A program made the translations under genes and the position numbers. From NCBI GenBank assembly GCA_000953435.1, contig LM655252.1, positions 300,001 to 332,000 on the forward strand: DNA of 32,000 nucleotides. Reading direction: 5' to 3'. Source of the DNA: Candidatus Johnevansia muelleri. GTDB lineage: Bacteria > Pseudomonadota > Gammaproteobacteria > Johnevansiales > Johnevansiaceae. Below are positions 8,909-19,064 of the stretch, one piece after another (position 1 is the first letter of the stretch; each line of letters begins with the position of its first letter). The notes beneath the pieces were generated by a model. The model did no database searches. It had not been told where the DNA came from and saw only the letters and a list, made by a program, of their open reading frames with translations.

Positions 8909-9021
8909 GTAAAATTATTCCTAGTAGAATTTCAGGACTAAAAATAAAATATCAACGTCAAATTTCATTAGCAATTAAGCGTGCTAGATATTTATCTCTT
9001 TTACCATATATAACTAAATAA
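8854..9021 (+). CDS. rpsR: 30S ribosomal protein S18, N-terminally short, start codon unresolved
   Basis: Not in the ORF track. The frame opens after TAA 8851-8853 and gives [55 protein letters not shown]. This is colinear with the last ~55 residues of E. coli S18 ([27 protein letters not shown]...[13 protein letters not shown]). The frame contains no ATG, GTG or TTG. Confidence 0.6.
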   Translation: MIGIYKDIDTLNIYINEIGKIIPSRISGLKIKYQRQISLAIKRARYLSLLPYITK

Positions 9022-9050
9022 TATTTATAGTGTAACTGTATGGAATACTT

Positions 9051-10391
9051 ATGATTGAATTAGATCAAAAAAGTAAATTAGCCCCACATTCTTTAGAAGC
9101 TGAAAAATCATTCTTAGGTTGTTTAATAATTGATAATAGTGCTTGGGATAAAATATCAGATAAAATTGTTGATTTAGATTTTTATTTTTTAAAACATAGA
9201 CATATTTTTATAGCTATTAAATTTTTAATAAATAAAGATAGCGTTATTGATATAATTACTTTATCTGAAATACTTGAATTACAAAATAAATTAGAAACAA
9301 TAGGAGGTTTAAATTATTTAGCCGATATAGCACGTAATACTCCTTCAGCTAATAATATTATTGCTTATGCTGAAATTATTCTTGATAAATCTACTATTAG
9401 AAAATTAATAAAATCTGCTAATAAAATTTTAAATAATGCATTTAATCCTAATGGGGTTACCTCAAATGATTTATTAAATGAAGCCGAAAGTTTAATTTTT
9501 AAAATTTCAGAAAAATGTACTAAATTTAATGAACCTATTGGAATAAATAAATTATTAACTAAAACTCTTGATAGAATTGATAATCTTTATAATATGAAAA
9601 ATTCAATAAGCGGTCTTTCTACAGGATTTAAAGATTTTGATAAGATTACGTCTGGACTTCAATCTTCAGATTTAATAATTATTGCTGGTAGACCATCTAT
9701 GGGAAAAACTACTTTTGCAATGAATATTGTAGAAAATACTATTGTAAATACTGAAAAACTGGTTATTGTTTTTTCATTAGAAATGCCTTCGGACCACTTA
9801 ATTGTACGTATTATTTCATCATTAGGTAATATAGATCAAATGCATATACGTACAGGACAATTAAATGATAACGATTGGGAACGTTTGACTACTACAGTTA
9901 ATTTATTAAGAGATAGAAAACTTTTTATTGATGATACACCCGCAATTTCTCCTAGTGAAATAAGAAATAAAATTCGTAGATTATCTAGAGATATAGGAGT
10001 TAATATAGGTTTAATTATTATTGATTATTTACAATTAATGGAAGTACATGGAATATCTGAAAATCGTACTGCTGAAATATCTGAAATTACTAGATCATTA
10101 AAAGTAATAGCTAAAGAATTTAATTGTCCAGTTGTAGCTCTTTCTCAATTAAATAGATCACTTGAACAACGTCCTAATAAAAGACCTATAATGTCAGATT
10201 TAAGAGAATCTGGTGCAATAGAACAAGATGCTGATTTAATTATTTTTATTTATAGAGATGAAGTTTATAATAGAGATAATATAGATAATAAAGGCATTGC
10301 TGAAATTATAATTGGTAAACAACGTAATGGTCCTATAGGTATAGTACCTATAACATTTATTGGCAAATATACAAAGTTTGAAAATATTTAA
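9051..10391 (+). CDS. dnaB: replicative DNA helicase
   Basis: 446 aa ORF with N-terminal PHSLEAEKSFLGCLI, Walker A GRPSMGKTTFAMN, and the IIIDYLQLM and SQLNRSLEQR blocks. Confidence 0.95.
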   Translation: MIELDQKSKLAPHSLEAEKSFLGCLIIDNSAWDKISDKIVDLDFYFLKHRHIFIAIKFLINKDSVIDIITLSEILELQNKLETIGGLNYLADIARNTPSANNIIAYAEIILDKSTIRKLIKSANKILNNAFNPNGVTSNDLLNEAESLIFKISEKCTKFNEPIGINKLLTKTLDRIDNLYNMKNSISGLSTGFKDFDKITSGLQSSDLIIIAGRPSMGKTTFAMNIVENTIVNTEKLVIVFSLEMPSDHLIVRIISSLGNIDQMHIRTGQLNDNDWERLTTTVNLLRDRKLFIDDTPAISPSEIRNKIRRLSRDIGVNIGLIIIDYLQLMEVHGISENRTAEISEITRSLKVIAKEFNCPVVALSQLNRSLEQRPNKRPIMSDLRESGAIEQDADLIIFIYRDEVYNRDNIDNKGIAEIIIGKQRNGPIGIVPITFIGKYTKFENI

Positions 10392-10411
10392 AAATTAATA
10401 ATTTTATTTTT

Positions 10412-11224
10412 ATGATAAAAAATTTTTTATCAATTAAATTATATCCATTTATAATAAAAAAAAATTTAAGTCAAACTTTTTTATGTGATATTAAAATAAT
10501 TAATAATATTATAAAATATATTTGTCCTAAACCAGGTCAAAGTATAATTGAAATAGGACCTGGATATGGAGCAATTACTAAAATTTTATTACAAGCTGTA
10601 GGTGAAATTGAAATAATAGAATTTGATAAAAATTTAATTAATATATTAAAAAATAATTTTTTTTTATATACAGGATTAAATATATATAAAGCAAATATTT
10701 TATTTTTTGATTTTTATAAATTAAAAAAAAATGAAAATTTACGTATTATTGGAAATATTCCATATAATATATCTACTAACTTAATATTTAATATTTTTAA
10801 AAAAATTGAAATAATTAAAGATATTCATTTTATGTTACAAAAAGAAGTTTATTTAAGAATTATTGCTAATCCTGGTAATAAAAAAAGAGGTATTTTATCA
10901 CTAATAGTTCAATATTATTGTAAAATATTTTTATTATTTGATGTTCCTCCTAATGTATTTTTTCCTAAACCTAATGTTAATTCAACATTTATTAAATTAG
11001 AACCTTATAAAAAATTACCTTATATTGCTAAAAATTATAATTTTTTTATAAATTTAGTTAAAAAATCTTTTTTAAATCGTAGAAAAAATTTACGTAATAA
11101 TCTTAAAGGATTAATAGATGAATCAATTATCTATTTTATAGGTATAGATCCTAATCGTAGACCTGAAACATTAACTATAGCAGAGTTCGTTAATTTAGCA
11201 AATGGATATTTATGTATGTATTAG
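10412..11224 (+). CDS. rsmA: 16S rRNA (adenine1518/1519-N6)-dimethyltransferase
   Basis: 270 aa ORF with LSQTFL (E. coli GQNFL), the SAM-binding EIGPGYGAIT and the GNIPYNIST motif. It overlaps tsaD by 13 nt. Confidence 0.85.
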   Translation: MIKNFLSIKLYPFIIKKNLSQTFLCDIKIINNIIKYICPKPGQSIIEIGPGYGAITKILLQAVGEIEIIEFDKNLINILKNNFFLYTGLNIYKANILFFDFYKLKKNENLRIIGNIPYNISTNLIFNIFKKIEIIKDIHFMLQKEVYLRIIANPGNKKRGILSLIVQYYCKIFLLFDVPPNVFFPKPNVNSTFIKLEPYKKLPYIAKNYNFFINLVKKSFLNRRKNLRNNLKGLIDESIIYFIGIDPNRRPETLTIAEFVNLANGYLCMY

Positions 11225-12237
11225 GAATTGAAACATCTTGTGATGAAACAGGAGTTGCTATATTTAATAGTCAATATGGATTACTTTATAATGTACTGCA
11301 TAGTCAAATAAAAATACATAATAAATTTGGTGGAGTAGTACCTGAAATAGCATCAAGATATCATTTATGTAAATTATTACCACTTATTATACAAGTTTTA
11401 TATAAAATTAAATTAAAAAAAAATGAAATAAATGCAATTGCTTATACATCTGGGCCTGGATTAATTAATACACTTATGATAGGTGCATTAATTGCAAATG
11501 GATTAGGAAGAGCATTATCAATACCAGTTATTGGAGTTAATCATATGGAAGGCCATTTATTTTCTACTATGTTAGAGGATGATCCACCAGAATTTCCTTT
11601 TGTAGCTTTATTAATATCTGGTGGACATACAGAATTAATTGATGTTAAAAATATTGGTAAATATAACTTATTAGGTAAATCTTTAGATGATGCTGTAGGT
11701 GAAGCTTTTGATAAAGTAGCACAAATGCTAGGACTAAATTATCCTGGTGGACCATCCATATCAAATATTGCTATTAAAGGTAATCCTAAAAGATTTTTTT
11801 TTACTCGTCCTATGACAAAAAATAAAACAGAACTTAATTTTAGTTTTTCTGGTATAAAAACTTGTGTATTAAATACAATAAATAAAATTAAATTAATTGA
11901 TTTACAAACAAAAGCAGATATTGCAATTGCATTTGAAGAAGCAATAGTTGATACTATTATTATTAAATCTATTAGATCTTTAAAAAAAACTAAATATTCC
12001 AGATTAGTATTAGCAGGTGGAGTAAGTGCTAATATACGTTTAATACAAAAATTAGAAAAAATATTAATAAAATATAATACTAAATTTTATTATCCTAAAA
12101 AAAAATTTTGTACAGATAATGGAGCAATGATTGCTTATGCAGGAGCTATTCGTATTAATTATATTAAAAGTTATTATAAATCATATAAAATTCATTTAAA
12201 TCCCATTTGGAAAATAGCAACAATTAACAATTTATAA
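11212..12237 (+). CDS. tsaD: tRNA N6-adenosine threonylcarbamoyltransferase
   Basis: 341 aa ORF with VLGIETSCDETGVAI, the HMEGH metal site, LLISGGHTEL and GGVSAN. Confidence 0.95.
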   Translation: MYVLGIETSCDETGVAIFNSQYGLLYNVLHSQIKIHNKFGGVVPEIASRYHLCKLLPLIIQVLYKIKLKKNEINAIAYTSGPGLINTLMIGALIANGLGRALSIPVIGVNHMEGHLFSTMLEDDPPEFPFVALLISGGHTELIDVKNIGKYNLLGKSLDDAVGEAFDKVAQMLGLNYPGGPSISNIAIKGNPKRFFFTRPMTKNKTELNFSFSGIKTCVLNTINKIKLIDLQTKADIAIAFEEAIVDTIIIKSIRSLKKTKYSRLVLAGGVSANIRLIQKLEKILIKYNTKFYYPKKKFCTDNGAMIAYAGAIRINYIKSYYKSYKIHLNPIWKIATINNL

Positions 12238-12254
12238 TAGTATAGGATAAATTT

Positions 12255-12425
12255 ATGTATATTAATACTGAATCATTTGAATTTATTCTTAGAAAATTTA
12301 AACGGTCTTGTGAAAAATTGGGTATTATTTCAGAAATACGTCGTCGTGAATTTTATGAAAAACCTAATTCTGTTAGAAAACGTAAAGCTTTAGCTGCAAA
12401 AACACGTTATGACAAACAAATATAA
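12255..12425 (+). CDS. rpsU: 30S ribosomal protein S21
   Basis: Not in the ORF track. ATG 12255 to TAA 12423-12425 gives [56 protein letters not shown]. This matches the E. coli S21 core ([26 protein letters not shown]). It sits in the conserved rpsU-dnaG-rpoD context. Confidence 0.85.
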   Translation: MYINTESFEFILRKFKRSCEKLGIISEIRRREFYEKPNSVRKRKALAAKTRYDKQI

Positions 12426-12430
12426 TATTT

Positions 12431-14050
12431 ATGATAATAGAAAGTTATAAAAAAATTATTAAATATATTATATTAAATATTGATATTGTAGAATTTATAA
12501 GTGAAAAAATTAAATTAAAAAAATATGGTAAAAATTTTATTGGTTCTTGTCCTTTTCATAAAGAAAAAAATCCTTCTTTTACAGTATACAAAAATTTTTA
12601 TCATTGTTTTGGTTGTTGTGATCATGGTAATGTAATCAAATTTATTATGAAATATGATAAATTAAATTTTTTTAATGTAATATCTATTTTAGCTAATAAA
12701 TTAGGTATTAAAATTGAAAATTTTAAAAAAAATGAATCTAATTTGAAAAATTTAGAAGGATATAATCTTCTTTTTTTTGTTACAAAATATTTTTGTAATA
12801 TGCTTAATGATTCTTCTTTTGAATCTAAAAAAGCACGAGCTTATCTTAAATTTAGAGGTATTAATAAAGAAATGATTAAAAATTATTCTATTGGGTATGC
12901 TAATAAATCATGGGATTCACTTAAAAAATATTTAAATAAATATAATTTTTCAGAAAAGCTACAAATAAAATATGGTTTACTTATAAAAAATAGTAATACA
13001 TTATGTTATGATATATTTCGGAATAGAATTATATTTCCAATTAAAAATTTTATAGGACGTACAATTGGATTTGGTGGTCGTGTTTTAGTAGATAAAACAC
13101 CTAAATATATTAATTCGCCAGAAACACCTATCTTTTTTAAAGGACATGAATTATATGGATTATTTGAATTACGGCAAAAAATATTGGATATTAAATGGTT
13201 ATTAATTGTAGAAGGATATATAGATGTTATAACTCTTTCACAAAGAGGTATATATAATGTTATAGCTACTTTAGGTACTACAATAACTATTGACCAATTA
13301 AAAATAATTTATAAATTAGTTGATAAAATTATTTTTTGTTTTGACGGTGATATTGCAGGGTATAATGCTTCTTGTAAAGCACTTGATGTCGTTTTACTTA
13401 CAATAAATAATAATTTAAATAAAACAATAAAATTTATTATTTTACCTTTTGGAGAAGATCCAGATTCATTAATAATAAAAGAAGGATTAGAATCTTTTAA
13501 AATTCGTATAAAAAAAGCTAATAATTTATCAGATTTTATTTTTAAAATAGCTAGCAAAGGATTAAATATTAAATTAATTGAAGATCAACAATTTTTTATA
13601 AAAAAAGTTTTAGAATATTTAATAAATATTCCTGAATGTATATTTAAATTATTAATTTTTAATAAATTAGAAAAAATAAGTAATATTTCAATAAATATTT
13701 TAAAAAAAATATATAATAATTTAATTAATAAATATAATTCAAAAACAAATATAAATAAAAATATTTTTTATTATCCTAGTTTACGCTTATTACAGTTATT
13801 ATTACATTATCCATATTTAATTAAATATTTACCCAAAAATAATTATTTGTATCCTACAGATGAATATGGAATATTATTAGTAAAAGTTATTAAATTATTT
13901 AAATATAATAATTTCAAATTTTCAAATAAAATTTTAAATAACTTTATTTTAAAAAAACATATATTAAATAATCTTTTAAAAATTAACAATATAATACAAA
14001 TTCAATTTATAATTAAAGAAATAAATAATTGGGTTAATTTTTTTTATTAA
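12431..14050 (+). CDS. dnaG: DNA primase
   Basis: 539 aa ORF with zinc finger CPFHKEKNPSFTV...CFGC, an RNA polymerase core (RIIFPI, GFGGR) and a TOPRIM block (VEGYIDV, FDGD). The C-terminal domain is highly diverged. Confidence 0.9.
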   Translation: MIIESYKKIIKYIILNIDIVEFISEKIKLKKYGKNFIGSCPFHKEKNPSFTVYKNFYHCFGCCDHGNVIKFIMKYDKLNFFNVISILANKLGIKIENFKKNESNLKNLEGYNLLFFVTKYFCNMLNDSSFESKKARAYLKFRGINKEMIKNYSIGYANKSWDSLKKYLNKYNFSEKLQIKYGLLIKNSNTLCYDIFRNRIIFPIKNFIGRTIGFGGRVLVDKTPKYINSPETPIFFKGHELYGLFELRQKILDIKWLLIVEGYIDVITLSQRGIYNVIATLGTTITIDQLKIIYKLVDKIIFCFDGDIAGYNASCKALDVVLLTINNNLNKTIKFIILPFGEDPDSLIIKEGLESFKIRIKKANNLSDFIFKIASKGLNIKLIEDQQFFIKKVLEYLINIPECIFKLLIFNKLEKISNISINILKKIYNNLINKYNSKTNINKNIFYYPSLRLLQLLLHYPYLIKYLPKNNYLYPTDEYGILLVKVIKLFKYNNFKFSNKILNNFILKKHILNNLLKINNIIQIQFIIKEINNWVNFFY

Positions 14051-14176
14051 AAATAAAAAAATAAAATTCTTAGAAAAATATTTTTATTTTTTTATAAAAA
14101 ATAATAATCTTCATAATAAAATTAAATTTCTAAAAATATTTAATTTTATAAATAAATTTAAAAATAAGTAAAATTT

Positions 14177-15988
14177 ATGTATAATAATTTACCTTTGTTT
14201 ATTTATAAATTCTTAGTAAAAGCAAAAAATCATGGATTTTTAACATATTCAGAAATATATAATGTTTATAAAAAAAGTAATGAAATTAATTATTCTTTAG
14301 AAGAAGTTTTATTTATTTTAGAAAAAAAAAAAGTTAAAATTATAGAAAATATAAATGATAATTTATTAAAAAAAAATAAAAAATATATTAATAAAAATAC
14401 TTCTGAAAATAATGTATTAAATTCTGAAAATAATTTAAAGATTAATCCTATACGTTTATATATGCGTGAAATTGGAAATATTAAATTATTAAGTTATGAA
14501 GATGAAATAAAAATTTATAATAAAAGAGAAATACTTAAAAAAAAAATAATGTTTATATTTTCATATTGGGAATATGCAATAAATTTTATTTGTGAAACAT
14601 ATGATAATTTAAAAAAAGAAAAAAAACTATTAAATACTTTTATAAAAGGTTTTTTAAATATAAATTATATATATTTAATTAATAATAAAGATAAAATAAA
14701 TAAAAATTTATTTATTAATAATTTATATTTTTCAAATAATAATATTAAACAATATAATCAACAATATTTTTTTTTAGTAAAAGAAATAGATCAAATTAAT
14801 ATTAAATTAGCACATATTTTTTTTAAATTATTAAAAGAAAGAAAAAATTCATTAAAAACAACTATAGAAAAATATGGATATAAATCTAATCATGTTAAAA
14901 CCGAACAAAAATTTTTTACTCAAATTTTTATGAAAATTAAATTAACACATAAATATTTATATAAATTAATATATTATATTTATAATTGTAATACAAAAAT
15001 TAATATTGAAGAAAAAAAAATTATACAAATATTAAATAATTGTAATATTTCAAATAATTATTTTAAAAATAATGAAAATAATATAAAATGGTTAGATAAT
15101 TTTATTTCTAAAAATGTTGAATATTCAAAAGATTTAAAAATTAATCGTACATATATTCTTGAATCACAGAATAAAATTAAAATTGAAGAAAATTTAATTA
15201 AATTAAGTAATATAAATATTAAAAATATTTATAAAAAAATAGTTTTTATTGAACAACTATTATTTAAAAATAAAAATAAAATTATTGAAGCTAATTTAAG
15301 ATTAGTTATTTTTATAGCTAAAAAATATATTAATCGTGGACTTTCCTTTTCTGATTTAATTCAAGAAGGAAATATTGGTCTTATAAAAGCAGTAGATAAA
15401 TTTGAATATAATTTAGGTTATAAATTTTCTACTTATGCAACTTGGTGGATTCGTCAATCTATTACTCGTTCAATTGCTGATAATGGCAGAACTATTCGTC
15501 TTCCTGTACATCTTATAGAAATAATTAATAAAATAAAAAAAGTAATGCATATAATATATCAAAAAACAGGTAAAGAAGCTACTTATAAAGATTTAAGTAA
15601 ATATTTATGTATTTCAGAAGATAAAATTCGTAAAATAATTAAATTATCTAAAGAACCTATTTCTTTGGATTTTAAAGTTAATGAAAATGATAAATCAACT
15701 ATTGGCGATTTAATTCCTGATAATTCTCAACCGACACAACTAGACTTTGTTAAAAGAAATAATTTAATAGTATCTATTAATAATGCATTAAAAGATCTTA
15801 CTGCTAGAGAAGCTAAAGTTATATGTATGCGTTTTGGTTTAAACAATAATAATATACATACTTTAGAAGAAATTGGAAAAATATTTAATGTAACACGTGA
15901 ACGTATTAGACAGATAGAAGCTAAAGCACTTCAAAAACTTAGTGATCCTTTAAAATATAAAATACTTAAATCTTTTTTAGAAGATTAA
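14177..15988 (+). CDS. rpoD: RNA polymerase primary sigma factor
   Basis: 603 aa ORF with region 1.2 ([10 protein letters not shown]), region 2 ([14 protein letters not shown]...[41 protein letters not shown]), and regions 3 and 4 ([23 protein letters not shown]). The N-terminal half is N/K/I-rich and poorly conserved. Confidence 0.9.
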   Translation: MYNNLPLFIYKFLVKAKNHGFLTYSEIYNVYKKSNEINYSLEEVLFILEKKKVKIIENINDNLLKKNKKYINKNTSENNVLNSENNLKINPIRLYMREIGNIKLLSYEDEIKIYNKREILKKKIMFIFSYWEYAINFICETYDNLKKEKKLLNTFIKGFLNINYIYLINNKDKINKNLFINNLYFSNNNIKQYNQQYFFLVKEIDQINIKLAHIFFKLLKERKNSLKTTIEKYGYKSNHVKTEQKFFTQIFMKIKLTHKYLYKLIYYIYNCNTKINIEEKKIIQILNNCNISNNYFKNNENNIKWLDNFISKNVEYSKDLKINRTYILESQNKIKIEENLIKLSNINIKNIYKKIVFIEQLLFKNKNKIIEANLRLVIFIAKKYINRGLSFSDLIQEGNIGLIKAVDKFEYNLGYKFSTYATWWIRQSITRSIADNGRTIRLPVHLIEIINKIKKVMHIIYQKTGKEATYKDLSKYLCISEDKIRKIIKLSKEPISLDFKVNENDKSTIGDLIPDNSQPTQLDFVKRNNLIVSINNALKDLTAREAKVICMRFGLNNNNIHTLEEIGKIFNVTRERIRQIEAKALQKLSDPLKYKILKSFLED

Positions 15989-16201
15989 ATTTTTATAATT
16001 AAATGCATTAATTTATAACATAATGTAATTTATTTTGAATTAATGAAATAAACATTGAACATTACCAATTGGAATAATATTGAAATATGTGTCAGGTCAT
16101 ATTATATATACTATAGAGATTGTGTTATTTTAATAATAGTTAATGTTTATAAAAACATTATCACGTACAATTTTAAATTAGGGGATATTTATTAAAAATA
16201 T

Positions 16202-17110
16202 ATGAAGAATTTTTTAACTACATCTGTAATTTATTTAAATAATCTTGCAATATTAGAAGTTGTGGGAATTGATAGTATATTACTTATTCAAGGGCAAGGA
16301 AGTGCACAAATTAATCATGCTACTGAATATTTTTCACCATTATGTTCTTTTTGTACACCCCTAGGTAAAATAATTGCTAATTCTAGATTAATACGTGTTA
16401 ATAAATATTGTTATTGGATTTTAATTCACAGTACTATTTTAAAAACATTATTTATACATTTAAAAAAATATACTAATTTTTATAAAAAAGTAAAAATAAA
16501 TTTTCGTAATGATATTTATTTATTAGGTATAATTGATATAAATAGAAAATATTTTAAAAAAAAAACAAATATTAAAAAATTACCTTTTTTACCTGGTGAA
16601 TTAAATATTGAAAATAATTTTTATTTAATTTATCATAATGGTATTAATAGAATTATAGTTATTACATATAAATATAATATGAAATATTTAATATCTAAAT
16701 TTAGTAAATTAGAATTAAAATATTGGTTATTGAACGATATACAATCTGGGTTTATTTTTTTAGATATTACTAAAAGTAATATGTTGTTACCCCAAATGAT
16801 AAATTGGGAAACGCTAGGAGGTATTAGTTTTAAAAAAGGTTGTTATACTGGTCAGGAAATAATAGCACGTGTTCATTATATAGTAAAATTTCAAAAAAGA
16901 TTAATGCGGTTTTATAAAGAAAATAATTCAATTTTATATATTAAAAAATATTCAGTATTGCTTTTTAGCAATACTGAATATGGTATAATTGAATTAATTG
17001 GTTTAATACAAAATATAAAAAATATTTATTTAAATAATACAATTAATATTCTTTCTTTACCATATGATATAAAAAGATTAAATCCAGAAGAATTAATAAT
17101 ACATATTTAA
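16202..17110 (+). CDS. ygfZ: folate-binding protein YgfZ (GcvT-like, Fe-S cluster related)
   Basis: 302 aa ORF carrying the family signature KGCYTGQEIIARVHY near the C-terminal third. Confidence 0.75.
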   Translation: MKNFLTTSVIYLNNLAILEVVGIDSILLIQGQGSAQINHATEYFSPLCSFCTPLGKIIANSRLIRVNKYCYWILIHSTILKTLFIHLKKYTNFYKKVKINFRNDIYLLGIIDINRKYFKKKTNIKKLPFLPGELNIENNFYLIYHNGINRIIVITYKYNMKYLISKFSKLELKYWLLNDIQSGFIFLDITKSNMLLPQMINWETLGGISFKKGCYTGQEIIARVHYIVKFQKRLMRFYKENNSILYIKKYSVLLFSNTEYGIIELIGLIQNIKNIYLNNTINILSLPYDIKRLNPEELIIHI

Positions 17111-18321
17111 TAAACATATATTGGTTGTTTATTATTTAATATTACATCTTTAGTTATAATAACTTTACAAATATATTGTATATTAGGAATATCATACATA
17201 GTATTAAGTAAATATTTTTCTATTATAGAACGTAAACCTCTAGCACCACTTTTCCTTTTTATTGCTTGTTGAGCTATAGCAATTATAGCATCTTCTTGAA
17301 ATTCTAATTCTACACCATCTAATTCAAAAAGACGAATATATTGATTAATCAATGAGTCGGTAGGGTTATTTAAAATTTGCATTAATGAAAATTCATTTAA
17401 ATCAGTAAGATGAGTTATAATTGGCAATCTACCTATTAATTCTGGAATTAAACCATATTTAATAAGATCATTAGACTCAATTTTATATAAAATATCATTA
17501 ACTTTATTTTTATTACTTTTTTTTAATTTAGCATTGAACCCAATGCTACCTTTATTTAATCTTTCCATAATTATTTTTTCAATTCCATTAAATGCACCTC
17601 CAAAAATAAATAATATATTACTAGTATTAATTTGTAAGAATTCCTGGGGAGTATTTTTTCTAAATCCATATTGAGGTATAGAAGCTATTGTACCTTCAAT
17701 TAATTTTAATAAAGATTGTTGAACTCCTTCACCTGATACATCACGATTCCCCGATGTATTATCTGGTTTTCTAGATAATTTATCTATTTCATCTAAATAA
17801 ATTATACCTTGTTGTGCTTTATCTAAATCATAATCACAATTATTAATTAATTTTTGAATTAGACTTTCTACATCTTCACCAACATAACCTGCTTCTGTTA
17901 AAGTAGTAGCATCAGCCATAGCAAAAGGAACATTTAACATTTCTGCAATATTTTGTGCAATTAATGTTTTTCCACTTCCAGTAGGTCCAATTAATAATAT
18001 ATTACTTTTTCCAATGTGAACAAAATTCTTTGATCTATAACAAAGACTATTTTTTAAACGTTTATAATGATTATAAACTGCAACTGAAATAACTTTTTTA
18101 GCATAATTTTGACCAATAATATTTTTATTTAAAAATTGACACATTTGATTAGGTGTTAAAAGAAAATCAATAGGATTAAAAAATATATTATTAGTATCTA
18201 AATTATATTTCATTATATCATTACAAATATCAGTACATTCATTACATATATAAACAGATGGGCCCATAACAAGTTTATTACATTCATTTTGATCTTTTCC
18301 ACAAAAAGAACAATATATCAT
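17107..18321 (-). CDS. clpX: ATP-dependent Clp protease ATP-binding subunit ClpX
   Basis: 404 aa ORF with N-terminal zinc finger CSFCGK...CNEC, Walker A GPTGSGKT, Walker B IIYLDEIDK and GARGLRSIIE. Confidence 0.95.
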   Translation of the reverse strand: MIYCSFCGKDQNECNKLVMGPSVYICNECTDICNDIMKYNLDTNNIFFNPIDFLLTPNQMCQFLNKNIIGQNYAKKVISVAVYNHYKRLKNSLCYRSKNFVHIGKSNILLIGPTGSGKTLIAQNIAEMLNVPFAMADATTLTEAGYVGEDVESLIQKLINNCDYDLDKAQQGIIYLDEIDKLSRKPDNTSGNRDVSGEGVQQSLLKLIEGTIASIPQYGFRKNTPQEFLQINTSNILFIFGGAFNGIEKIIMERLNKGSIGFNAKLKKSNKNKVNDILYKIESNDLIKYGLIPELIGRLPIITHLTDLNEFSLMQILNNPTDSLINQYIRLFELDGVELEFQEDAIIAIAQQAIKRKSGARGLRSIIEKYLLNTMYDIPNIQYICKVIITKDVILNNKQPIYVY

Positions 18322-18342
18322 AATTATTAACCTTATGTTTAC

Positions 18343-18954
18343 TTATTTTGTTATAATTTGAGATCTATTTTTAAGTACAATATCAATAATACCATAATCA
18401 ATAGCTTTAGTGCCTCCCATAAAATAATCACGATCAGTATCACTTATAATAGTTTCAATTTTTTTTCCTGTATGAAAAGCTAATATTTTAGATAAATTAT
18501 TACGAATAGTTAATATTTCTTTAGAATGTATTTCTATATCTTTTGCTTGCCCTTCATACCCACCTAAAGGTTGATGAATCATAATACGTGAATTAGGTAA
18601 ACTATAACGTTTACCTTTTGCACCTGCAGATAATAATAATGCTCCCATACTACATGCTTGACCAATACAAAAAGTTGAAACATCTGAATTTATAAATTGC
18701 ATTGTATCATAAATGGCCAATCCTGCAGTAACTGAACCTCCTGGTGAATTAATATATAGATATATATCTTGATCAGGATTTAAAGATTCAAGAAATAATA
18801 ATTGAGCAATTATTAAATTAGACATTGAATCCATAATCGGTCCAATAATAAATATTATTCTTTCTTGCATTAAACGTGAATAAATATCATTATAACGGTC
18901 ACCTTTTGATGTATTTTCTATAACTGTAGGTATAAAATTTTTAATATCTTTCAT
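18343..18954 (-). CDS. clpP: ATP-dependent Clp protease proteolytic subunit
   Basis: 203 aa ORF with [20 protein letters not shown], the catalytic Ser context [11 protein letters not shown] and the His context IMIHQPLGG. Confidence 0.95.
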   Translation of the reverse strand: MKDIKNFIPTVIENTSKGDRYNDIYSRLMQERIIFIIGPIMDSMSNLIIAQLLFLESLNPDQDIYLYINSPGGSVTAGLAIYDTMQFINSDVSTFCIGQACSMGALLLSAGAKGKRYSLPNSRIMIHQPLGGYEGQAKDIEIHSKEILTIRNNLSKILAFHTGKKIETIISDTDRDYFMGGTKAIDYGIIDIVLKNRSQIITK

Positions 18955-18974
18955 TTGGATCCTTATAAATTATT

Positions 18975-19047
18975 GGTGAATGATGGGGATCGAACCCATG
19001 ACCCCCGGAGCCACAATCCGGTGCTCTACCACTAAGCTACATCCACC
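18975..19047 (-). tRNA. tRNA-His (anticodon GUG) with genome-encoded G-1
   Basis: The reverse complement is g-gtggatgtagcttagtggtagagcaccggattGTGgctccgggggtcatgggttcgatccccatcattcac-c. The extra 5' G pairs opposite discriminator C. Confidence 0.9.
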
Positions 19048-19064
19048 ATTTAATTTAAAATACC

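Noticed and set aside
8840-8910. The idea that S6 and S18 are made as a single fusion protein by programmed frameshifting.
   Set aside because: A shift at the A8 tract into the S18 frame immediately hits TAA 8851-8853. Between 8854 and the rpsF stop at 8906-8908 I see no canonical X_XXY_YYZ slippery heptamer in the rpsF frame. Fusion is therefore unsupported, and termination/reinitiation or a non-ATG start is more economical.
13309-13557. 82-aa ORF on the minus strand.
   Set aside because: It is antisense within the well-supported dnaG TOPRIM region. In AT-rich DNA, long stop-free antisense frames arise by chance.
14051-14176. Imperfect direct repeat (cttagaaaaatattt / tctaaaaatattt) in the dnaG-rpoD spacer.
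   Set aside because: It is short and imperfect in a nearly pure A/T spacer, so it is indistinguishable from chance.
14177-15280. The N-terminal half of rpoD is an N/K/I-rich low-complexity stretch with no recognisable region 1.1.
   Set aside because: The total length is close to E. coli sigma70, and regions 1.2-4 are intact. This looks like ordinary AT-driven divergence of the poorly conserved region 1.1 and non-conserved domain, not a new domain.
16095-16125. gtgtcaggtcat resembles the CAGGUCAGGUC stretch of 4.5S/SRP RNA, raising the possibility of ffs in the rpoD-ygfZ spacer.
   Set aside because: The essential domain IV elements that should follow (GGAA ... GCAGC symmetric and asymmetric loops) are absent, and no closing helix is apparent.
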